Source: Mobula hypostoma (lineage: Eukaryota). Taken from it: a stretch of 64,000 bases of DNA. Position 1 is the stretch's first letter; each line of letters opens with the position of its first letter. The notes under the pieces were generated by a model, which did not search any database, was not told the origin of the DNA, and saw only the letters and a program-made list of their open reading frames with translations. Location: contig NC_086120.1 of assembly GCF_963921235.1 (NCBI RefSeq), forward strand, positions 8,804,001-8,868,000, read 5' to 3'. A program made the position numbers and the translations under genes. Below are positions 38,921 to 48,334 of the stretch, one piece after another.

Positions 38921-41834
38921 AATGAGAGAATGTTATGTCTCGCAATATTGCTGCTGGAATTCTTAAGAATAAACCCTGGTTGTCATCTTGACTTTGGACT
39001 CTGTCTTTCCTCCGTACTAGAGTTCCGACATTGTCAGCACACATTCTGACTGACTTTATGACCTGAATTACTCAACAGACATTTAATTTTCTGGTTGTTG
39101 TAAGATGATAAATGCATGTATAAACTCACTGGTACAGTGTCAGCTGGGCTCACTTTCCTCCAGGAGCATTGTTCCAGATCCTGGGACTCTGGTCAACCTC
39201 AGATATTCCACATTCTTGGAATGTGGCTGTCACTGGCAAAGCTGATATTTGTTGCCCATCTCATGGTACCATGTGAAGAGAATGATTAAAAGCCTCCTAA
39301 ACAATGGGCTATGCTGCCAGGCCACTGCAAAGGACTTGGTCTGTGAGTGGAGATGGGCATGGTCAGTGAAGATGGGACCCAAAGCATTTTTGTTCCAAAA
39401 TAAACTTCATTTATAATAAAATTTTTACAAGAATAAATGGTGCAATGCATTTTTATTCTTTAAATAGGCATTATGTAGCGTTCATATAAATTCCTTAAAG
39501 CCAATAACTCTGTTGTTACTTATGTAGTCTCTGATGGATGCTACACTCAGGAATAACTCAGGAACTTCATCACCAAACCCAGCCACTCCCTGTCCCGTAG
39601 CAGAAAAACCTTCCATGTTGTCCTTCCCCACCAAGCCCTTACAAGTGGCTGCACCAAGCTCCAGTTGACTGGGACATTCAACGTCAATAAGGCCAGACCA
39701 ATCCATCTCAACATCCAAGACAGATAGAACCTCAGTAATGGTACTTGGGGTCCACGGGCTTAGGCTCCATGCACAGTCTGAAGCAACAGCACATGGGGAT
39801 ATTGTGAATATTTTTGCCTTGGTTGTCCAAGGACTTGTGCATTATAACCAGTCTTATTTGCTCCTTCTTAAATTCCCAGATGACCTGGAGGACAATCTGG
39901 GTCATTTCCAAACTAGAGGAGCAGAGCGGGGGGGATGAGCCACATCTGCACCAAGTGCAGCAGCCCTGAGAACTCCTCACACCAAATGGCTAGTTCCTCT
40001 CACTTAATGATAGGAGCATCTTCCCCACAGTCCTGCTTTACCCTCCCAATCTGCTCCAGTCAATTCTTATTTCACCCTTTGGCCCCTCAGCATGAGATCC
40101 CCAGCACCCTCACATAAGCCAACCCGATGATGAAGGACACATTGGATCAGTTGGGCCACTTGCCATACAGCATGGCCTCGCTCTTTGGCAACTGGCTCTG
40201 TGAGCATTTTGCGTTGGCAGCCTGACTGCTTAGCCATGCCAATCAATTTGTGAACCAACTTCACATCCGAGTAGAAGAGGGTAAATCCATCCATGCACAG
40301 GGAACATTTCACTTGGGTCCCTCCATTGTCTGTCAAGGTCACACATTTTATCCTCTTGTCTTTCTAATGGCTTTGGCAAAGGTCCTATACAGCACACAAA
40401 CAAGAAAAGGGAACAAGTTCCATTGTATAATGTGCCTTCCACATGCTCAGATATTTCACCTATTCATCTTTAAACAGACTTGTCACTGAGTGCCATCGCT
40501 TTAATTATTTGGTCTGGTGATGTATACAAAACTGCCCTTAGAATCTCCCTTACAGCCAGCAAAATGAATTCTCCAATGCATGGGGCTTTCCAGATATATC
40601 AATGAGCAATGACTGAAAGAAAAAGAAGCAATCCTTCAAAAGACTCACCCAGAAAAAAACAGCCTTACAGCAAAATATTGTGAATTCACTCATCAGAATA
40701 CTCTGTTTAGAAATCAGTTCCCATTGCGCAGATATGTCCACCAGAACTACATTTTAAATGGTCAGTCTGATATGGTAGTTGACAATCCCAACTGACCAAT
40801 GAAATATAAAACAAGACATTATTGTCTCTGATGAAAGTCGGATATTTAAACCCTGTTTCTCTCGCCAATGGAAACCCAGAATTGTTGAGTGTCTCTACTT
40901 TAATTTCAGTTTTACAGCTGCTGCAGTATTTTGCCTTTGGGCATACTTTAAAAGTGGAGAGTTTGAAAGTAAAATCTTCTAGCAGTTAGGCTGTAGTGTT
41001 CTGGGTGCCCTTCTTCATAGAGTCTGACATGCAGCAGCTAGAAGCTTGGAATTGTGCATTTCCAAACATTGTGACTTCCGGTAAGATGGCAACACGTTCG
41101 AACTCAGCAGCCAACCAAAGGTGCACTTTTATTTTTAAAATGTGTGTTGTTTTACTGATCGTAAAACTATACTGCTCTCCAACAACTATGGCTGCCGCCC
41201 GTCTATCTTATTAGTTCATTGTTAGGACCCGCAGGCCAGGGTGTCAAAGGAGCCGACGCTCAAAATGGAGAAAGAGAAGCTGCCAGATGGGCTGGAGAAT
41301 GTTCGGAGGAGCTGACCTGGGCCAAGACCATGTTGTTGCCTGCTACTTGAAGCATTCAGAGTTGGGTGCGAAACCAGCGTGCAGTGTAACCGTGAGTGAC
41401 TATCTGGAACTTTTCTCCTACGATCGAAGATGCTGTTGGCCGTCGATAATGTAAGATGCTGCAGGCCACAAGGCAGCAGCGTTGCCTCGGTTGTAGCAAG
41501 GACTGGGCCGCCAGGGGGCTTGCATGCTGCTGCAGTCCAGGTGAGACGACGCTGAAGGTGGTGCAGCGTGGAGTCCGTGTTCTGTTAAGAGCTGCCTTCT
41601 ACCGTTGGTGCTGCCCTCCAGTGTTCGATCGGTGGAATGACAGGCTGTATTGCCGGCAGGTTTACCATCAATGGACTGTACGTGTGTTTTCTTACGTAAG
41701 GATGTGTGTGTGTCTCTCTCTCTCGCTAATTTGAATGTACTGTATACTATGCACCTTGGCCCCAGATGAACGCTGTCTCGTTGGACTGTCTCCGCCTATG
41801 GTTTGACTGGTAATTAAACTTGATTCCTTTTGGT

Positions 41835-42720
41835 TTAACTTGAGAAGGCCCCATCAGTTCCGGGAATTATGATCGATTTGAAGGAATGGATGGAGTCAGT
41901 CAGCTCCTCCAGCGTCATTGTATGGTCCTGACTCTCCCGCTTGCAGCTGTCTAACACACCCGTGATGGAGGACGGCAAGTTCTGGGAGGTTGTGCTTGTG
42001 GCCTTTCTGTCGCATCGTGTCACAACCACGGATTCTGCCGCTGGGCGGGGTCTGCGTGTTCTCGCAGGCGGGTCCGGACCAGGTTCGGCAATCATGCTCG
42101 CGAAATTGCAGGTTCCAGCTAATTCGTGTTTCCTTGTGGTGTTTTACTCTTTTCCTCTCGTTCCAGTCTTCCGACACTTGACCAACAGCAGAGCAACACC
42201 ATGTCCCCTACTTACCGATGTTCAGGTTCCGGGAAAAAAAGATAACCGAGTAGCCTGACGCTGCTCAGAAGCGGTATTTATTTCGTATTAAGTTGCTGCG
42301 GCCAAGCCGATGTATCGACATTACCTTTAGTTAGACAGTTGCAGTTAATGGCCCTCCTGGTCTAGCGTTAATTTATTTATTTTTATTTCGGCACAGTTTC
42401 TACTGAAGTCAATTGGGCCATAGTGGCACATTCAGTCATATAGATCATTTTATATCGAAATAAACTTTATTAATATTGAAAAAAGTATTTACAAAAATAA
42501 CTGCAAAGCAATTTGTTTAATAACCGTTATTGCCAGTTCCGTTAATTACGTTCCGCAAACCAATAGGGCTGTTGCTGCTCATGTGTCCCCCGCTCCGTCC
42601 CGACCCCTCAGTGAAACACTCCAACAATAAATGAGGAGATTCCTCACCCATTCCGGCTTCTCTCTCTCCCTCTCCAGTAGCGGGAGAACGCTAAACTGTG
42701 GCGGTACAGGTTTGTTTTAT
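41835..42720 (-). mobile_element. Tx1-like fragments
   Basis: LPSSITGVLD..TLEELTDSIHSFK..PGTDG near 41835-41990; reverse-complement 3' tail near 42450-42500. Confidence 0.5.
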
Positions 42721-42809
42721 ATTAACATAAACTTTATTCATAATGAAAAAAATATTTACAAGAATACACGTTTAATTGCTTCTAATTTTTACATTCATGG
42801 TAAATACTT

Positions 42810-43142
42810 TCCGGTAAATGGACTTTTCTCACTGTTACCATCAGGTAGGAGGTACAGAGGCCTGAGGCGAACACTCAGCGATTCAGGAACAGCTTCTTCC
42901 CCTCTGCCATCCGATTCCTAAATGGACATTGAATCTTTGGACACTACCTCACTTTTTTAACATATAGTATTTTTGTTTTTGCACGTGTTTTAATCTATTC
43001 AACATACGTAATTGATTTACTTGTTTATTATAATTTTATTTTTTCTCTCTGCTAGATTATGTATTGCATTGCACTGCTGCTGCTAAGTTAACAAATTTCA
43101 CGTTACATGCCGGTGATAATAAACCTGATTCTGATTCTGATC
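42810..43142 (+). mobile_element. L2/Rex1 3' end with (ATTCTG)n tail
   Basis: LLPSGRRYR..FRNSFFP-like end and AATAAACCTGATTCTGATTCTGA; same family as 59210-60050. Confidence 0.7.
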
Positions 43143-43355
43143 TAAATCCCCACATTTCGAACCTCAAACTGTCAGAGTGGGTTTGAACTCCATGGCTGAA
43201 AGACTGTTGTGGGAACAGGAAGTCTGCACTGTCCTGTTGTCCCTGTCCCTGTTGTCACTGGAGGTGTGACGGACATCTCTGGACCAAAGGAAGGAATCAG
43301 GGAAATGAAGGCAGAAGTGGAAAATGTCCGACAATGAACGACCTTTTCATTTGCG

Positions 43356-43590
43356 ACACACGTCAAAGTTGTTGGTGAACGCAGCAGGCCAGGCAGCATC
43401 TCTAGGAAGAGGTACAGTCGATGTTTCAGGCCGAGACCCTTCGTCAGGACCCTTCATCGAGACCCTTCGAAGGGTCTCGGCCTGAAACGTCGACTGTACC
43501 TCTTCCTAGAGATGCTGCCTGGCCTGCTGCGTTCACCAGCAACTTTGATGTGTGTTGCTTGAATTTCCAGCATCCGCAGAATTCCTGTTG
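43356..43590. mobile_element. Penelope-derived fold-back (inverted terminal module) insertion 1
   Basis: 88-bp inverted arms at 43356-43443 and 43468-43555 with 3 mismatches; TSD TTTTCATTTGCG (43344-55) / TTTTCATTCGCG (43591-602); hammerhead-type core on the minus strand at 43423-43448. Confidence 0.8.
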
Positions 43591-43695
43591 TTTTCATTCG
43601 CGAGTTGTTTGAAACAGATCAGTCAGATGCTGCCGGTGTCGCTGCATTAACCCGGCGACGTGTGGCGGCGAATGGGAGGGTTTCAGATCCCCGCT

Positions 43696-43790
43696 CTGAT
43701 TGGTCAGTGTGAGTCGCCCTGCTTTGCATGGATTTCTCCCCGGTGTGATTGGCTCTATAACTGGGTTCCGCCGGCAGCGGTGGCCAATCA
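43696..43790 (+). promoter_or_regulatory. Ig light-chain V promoter: octamer variant, TATA-like box and three CCAAT boxes
   Basis: CTGATTGG 43696-703; CTTTGCAT 43722-29 (7/8 match to ATTTGCAT); GTGATTGG 43745-52; TATAA 43756-60; GCCAATCA 43783-90; ATG at 43841. Confidence 0.65.
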
Positions 43791-43840
43791 GTCACAGATC
43801 CACCGGCAGAAGGGAGGCAGGAAGCTGACGGGCAACAACA

Positions 43841-43887
43841 ATGCGGGTGCTGTGTTTTTTTCTGGTCTCTGGCAATGTGGCTGGGCT
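43841..43887 (+). CDS. Ig light-chain leader exon, carrying a +1 frameshift in a T7 run as given
   Basis: ATG at 43841 and GTAAGT donor at 43888. The exon is 47 nt. Removing one T gives MRVLCFFWSLAMWLG plus a phase-1 junction in frame with V. Confidence 0.85.
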
Positions 43888-43988
43888 GTAAGTACAGGCA
43901 GCAAATCTGCACCGCTAACGATTGCTAAGGTGGGTCTTGGGGTCAGATTGAAGAGTCGATGTTAAAGTTGAATTCCTGTCTTTCACAG

Positions 43989-44315
43989 CTGGGGAGTCCC
44001 AAACCCTGACTCAGACTCCGACCGTGTCTGCGAGACCGGGAGCCACGGCCACGCTGAATTGTAACATCGGAACAAAGGATAGCTATGTTGTTGGCTGGTA
44101 CAAGCAGACACCGGGAACAGTTCCACAGTGGATCCTATACTACTATCATTCCTGGAGTAGTCCAAGCTACGGGCCTGGGTTTAGCAGCGACCGTTTCACG
44201 TCGACAGCCAACAGCGCCGGCACTGTTTACCAGTTGATCGTAAAAAATGTGGAGATGAATGACGCCGCCATCTATTACTGCGGAAAGTGGTTTTCAACGG
44301 GCAGTGGCTACTTGT
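43989..44315 (+). CDS. IgL-sigma V: Ig light-chain V segment, sigma (type IV) family, unrearranged
   Basis: TTTCACAG acceptor; translation QTLTQTPTVSARPGATATLNC-NIGTKDSYV-VGWYKQTPG..LYYYHSWSSPSYGPGFSSDRFTS..DAAIYYC-GKWFSTGSGYL. Canonical Cys/Trp/Cys and the long CDR2 with YG.GFSS.RFTS are typical of sigma/L2 V. Confidence 0.95.
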
Positions 44316-44343
44316 CATAGTGAGAGAGGGTAAAACAAAAACT
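44316..44343 (+). other. 12-bp-spacer recombination signal sequence with a mutated heptamer
   Basis: CATAGTG (44316-22), 12-bp spacer AGAGAGGGTAAA, nonamer ACAAAAACT (44335-43). Confidence 0.92.
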
Positions 44344-44654
44344 GGGGTCAGCAAACATGATACACTTCACATCTTTGCAACGGATGAAACCACTCTCATC
44401 ATTCACTCTTCATAAGGTTACTTTAATTTTACCCATTATACGCTATTTTTCCAATGCCATTCTTGCCATATTTGGAATGTTTCCGAATCCCGTCACCCAC
44501 TGTCGAGTGTTTGATGTCGTTTAATGTCAGTCTGGAGATACGGCTGTGAGTTCACCCCCTCCGGTCCCTCACAGACCGGGACAGTCGGAATCCGTGAAGT
44601 CTGGTTTCATGCTGAAACGGGAACCTCTGACCGTGTTTTCTGCCTGATTGCAGT

Positions 44655-44693
44655 GTCCTGGGTAATTCCTGATGCCCGGAATCCCACACTGTG
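44655..44693 (+). other. J recombination signal: perfect heptamer, degenerate nonamer
   Basis: CACTGTG at 44687-93. The position 23 bp upstream reads GTCCTGGGT (4/9 match to GGTTTTTGT); 12-, 22- and 24-bp spacings are no better. Confidence 0.75.
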
Positions 44694-44730
44694 TGGGTGT
44701 TCGGTCCAGGGACCAAGCTCTTTGTTACAG
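44694..44730 (+). CDS. IgL-sigma J: Ig light-chain J segment
   Basis: WVFGPGTKLFVT (FGxG motif) followed by a phase-1 G|GTAAGT donor. Confidence 0.96.
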
Positions 44731-45023
44731 GTAAGTGTCCGATAAATATCTCCTGCGGTGACCACCGGATAAATACGATCACCCAGCAATTCATAACTTC
44801 TACGTTATAATAACCTAGCTAATTTTACAGTGGAAATGTGGACTTACAATCTAATCGCGTTCGTGTCCAGCATCAGTTTTACTCGATGGAGTTGTGTTTG
44901 GTGAATTGTTTTCAGCTTTTAATGAAACATTTCTCTTTTCGGTGTGTTTTCGGACGAACCATGATTTAACACTTTCTGTTCATTGGTGTTATTTCTGCTG
45001 TCGTGTTAGTTTGTCAGTTTTTA

Positions 45024-45215
45024 GCAACACACATCAAAATTGCTGGTGAACGCAGCAGGCCAGGCAGCATCTCTAGGAAGAGGTACAGTCGACGTTTCAG
45101 GCCGAGACCCTGACGTCGACTGTACCTCTTCCTAGAGATGCTGCCTGGCCTGCTGCGTTCACCAGCAAATTTGATGTGTGTTGCTTGAATTTCCAGCATC
45201 TGCAGAATTCCTGTT
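45024..45215. mobile_element. Penelope-derived fold-back insertion 2 in the J-C intron
   Basis: 73-bp inverted arms at 45023-45095 and 45113-45185 with 1 mismatch and a 17-nt loop; perfect 15-bp TSD GTTTGTCAGTTTTTA at 45009-23 and 45216-30. Confidence 0.85.
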
Positions 45216-46098
45216 GTTTGTCAGTTTTTATGGTGGTTTTACTGGAAGGAACGTGAAGGGATCCAGTGAAGGAACACAGTGGGGTGTGAGGTGTCAGTGG
45301 GGTCAGGACATTCCGCTGTGGTTGTCAACACAGTAGAATGACACGTTTCAAGTTATTATTTAGAACTCCCCAACGAAACAACTCTCGGACTTTCACTGGA
45401 CTTCCAGTGAGGGTGGAACTCTCGTCTTTCACCATCGGATAACAGACCCTCTCCCACTGCCCAGTCCTTGCCTCCTCTCTCCTGCCACCTATTCCCTTGA
45501 GCGATATTCCATTCCGGGAACCACTGTTCGGCGATCCCCGTCTCTACACCGACTGTGGCCAGAGCTCCGATTCTGGGGAGAAGCCAACCTCCCGTCCCTC
45601 ACGGAGAGTGGGAGCCGAATCACTCGACATCACAGATCAGAGAGCGACCTACCCCGCCCCGCTCCATGGAGCTTAGGACCCCGCAATCGGAGCCCTCGCC
45701 CACTGGGGCAGAGCAGATTGTGAGATGTTTAACCTCCCAACAGCAGCGGGATCATTAGTGATGGGTGAGTGGGGCGGAGGCAAGAGGAGGAACGTGTCAC
45801 TGATGGCCCAGAGAGTGGACACTTTAAACTACTCTGGGGGTGGGGGCGCTTTGATGCCAGTGTGTCTCTCGATTCCATGAATGACTCCTCGCCAACCGAC
45901 CTCACCGGTTGGAGTTGATTTCTAGTTTCCCGGGTTGACCAAGATGTACTGTCCTCCATGGGCACTGCACTGTCTCTCAGTGAAACTCCGGGCCCCTCTC
46001 AATGAAGCTGAAACCTTTTACTCGCGATTCTGTCAAACTGTGAAATGACGAGAGTTATGGCGCGACTTGAAAAACGTTTTCTCTCGTTTATGTTCCAG

Positions 46099-46421
46099 CT
46101 CAGCAGCTCCCGGACCCTTCAGTGAAACTACTTGGGCCATCAGCGGAGGAGATCTCCGCTAAAGGATCGGGCACCTTAGTTTGCCTGGTCAGTAAATTGT
46201 CGATCGGCTTCCCTGTCGTCAGCTGGACAGTGAACGACAGTCCGACGAGCAGTGAGGTGCAAACCAGCGGGGTGACTCAGAACGCGGACAAAACCTTCAG
46301 TCTCAGCAGCTACCTGACGGTGCCCGGCGCAGACTGGAGCAGTGGGAAGAGGTACTCCTGCTCAGTTCAACAAGGAGCAGCCTCGACAACATCCGCAACA
46401 GTCACACAATCCAGCTGTTAA
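46099..46421 (+). CDS. IgL-sigma C: Ig light-chain constant exon (C1-set), sigma-like, intact
   Basis: TGTTCCAG acceptor, in frame with J: AQQLPDPSVKLLGPSAEE..GTLVCLVSKLSIGF..SWTV..FSLSSYLTV..WSSGKRYSCSVQQG..SSC*, with a terminal interchain Cys. Confidence 0.96.
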
Positions 46422-46766
46422 ACAGAGCGCGGCTTCGGCCTTGTTTGTTCCCGATTAACGGGAGATCATGGCCTTGTATCTTTCACCTCTACCTCTCTCA
46501 CTCGCTCTTCACTGTACTTCCCTTCTGTTCCGCTCTCTGTAGTTTCCACTGTGGTGTTGGAATATTTGTACCCGAGGCTGATTATGTTCTTTTTCCTACT
46601 GAGAGGCTACAAGGTGTTAAAGCGGACAGGTACTTGTCTTCTGGAAATTTCAGGCGGTGAATGGTTTTCTCTGAAATTAGGTTTGGATTAATTAGAATTA
46701 TTAATTAATGTTTTAGTGATTCGTCGTCAAGAGCAGACTGACAGACAGTAACGGTGACGAACTACC

Positions 46767-46772
46767 AATAAA
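46767..46772 (+). terminator. Polyadenylation signal of the light-chain gene
   Basis: AATAAA about 345 bp after the stop codon, with a GT-rich tract about 25-30 bp downstream. Confidence 0.65.
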
Positions 46773-48334
46773 GATGATCAGTGCAGGAATGATTTCCGTG
46801 TGTGTGTTTCGACATCTTTCGTGTTTTTCCTATTCTGATACCGAGTGGGAGGAGGGAAGAGAGAGGAGACTCGGCTCCCTCTGGTTTGTGAAGTTCAGGA
46901 AATCTCTCCGGGAGCCTTGGACACCGAATATCAGCAACGAATGACGGGAAGTTCCATTGCGGAGATACTGGAAAGAATCGGGTCAGGGTGGTGGGTTGAC
47001 TGTTCGGCTGCGATGTAAAATGAGAACAAAGCAGTTGGTTTTGGGAAGCTTAGTAAAGGAAATGAACATGAACGTGGCTGCTAATATTCAGGTTCTGTGG
47101 CAGCATTGGTGGAGAGAGGAATAAATTGTATTTACGCTCTGGGCTGATAAGTTTTCTCCAGAAATTAACAATGCTGACACAAACTAGAAAATCTGGGTAC
47201 CTGAAATGGTTGGGTCACAAGGGATGTAAACTTCCCAGTAATAAGTTGAAATACTGTTCCTCACTATCTTTTGGGTGATGGTATGCAGTTACAGGAGTCC
47301 AGAGACAGAGTGGTTCAGGATTTACTTCACGTTAACTGCTGGTCCCCTTTCCACTACTCTCCCAGCCATACTTTCGCCCTCTCTCCCTTCTCCTTCCCAC
47401 TCCGATCAATGCTTCCTAGGCTGAACCCTCACCCTCTCTCGATCTGCAGCGCCACTGCTTCATTTCCCGAACCCTGTTCTGATTTTGGTCCTTCCCCTCC
47501 CTCCCCAGCAACTCGCTCAGAGCCCTCCACTGCTGACCTCCCCCTCACCCCCTTGCCGTTACTTCGATGGACGGGGTAGTCACCATTGGGCGATTCAGTC
47601 CGGGGTTTCAAACAATGGCTGCCTCCCTGCTGCTGTTCATTTTGAGGAGCATGAGAGTGGTGGCAGAGGGAGGAAGAGTGTGTGTCTGTTCTGAGAAAGA
47701 GAAATCATGAGAGAGGGAAGGAGAGATGGGATGGATACAGAAAGAGGGAGTGACAGAGAAACAGCCAATAGCGAAGGTGAGATGAGAGAGAAAAACGCCC
47801 AGGAGTCAGAACGGCGGGAAGGGAGTGGGGTGGGATGGGTGAAAAAGGGAGAGGTAAAGAGAGAACCAGCAATCCTGGTACAGCTGGCAGTTTGATCCGT
47901 GCTGTTTGCACATGCATAGAAAGGTAGATTGGAGGGGAACTCCCAGGTTCAATTTCCAACAGCACAGGCACTGCGGCACTGAGTTCCTGAGAAAGAAAGC
48001 ACACTCACTAAAACACCACCCTGCAATGGGCAAAACGCACCATTCCCATCACACAAAGAATCCTCACACCGACATGTTCCCAAGCTGCACTCCCCGAGAG
48101 GGAACAGTCTCAGAAAACAAAGACGTCCCTTTCGAACAATGATGAGGAGGAATTTCTTCAGCGAGAGGGTGGTGAGTCTGTGGAATTCATTGCGACAGTT
48201 GGCTGTGCTGGCCAAGTTATTAAGTACACCTAAAATGGAGATTGACAATTTCTTGTTCAGTAAACGCGTCAACGTGTACGTGTAGACGGCAGAAAAATGG
48301 GAATGAGAGGGATAATAAATCAGCCATGACGGAT

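Noticed and set aside
43356-43590. Repeat-spacer appearance (GACCCTTC repeats) suggesting a CRISPR-like array
   Set aside because: Vertebrate DNA; the structure is an inverted retroelement terminus with a TSD.
44498-44504. CACTGTC between V and J as a second J-RSS or pseudo-J
   Set aside because: No nonamer at 12 or 23 bp and no FGxG or splice donor downstream.
44524-44745. 73-aa ORF across the J as a lambda5-like unique region
   Set aside because: It is not in the J frame; the J frame has a TGA at 44670 and no AG acceptor before J.
45273-45279. CACAGTG heptamer in the J-C intron
   Set aside because: No nonamer-like sequence at either spacing.
47944-47975. Short repeat shared with about 51237-51268 (VPV..EIEPGS peptide on the minus strand)
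   Set aside because: The core GGTTCAATTTCC resembles a tRNA B-box, so a decayed SINE is the simpler explanation; one copy has a stop codon.
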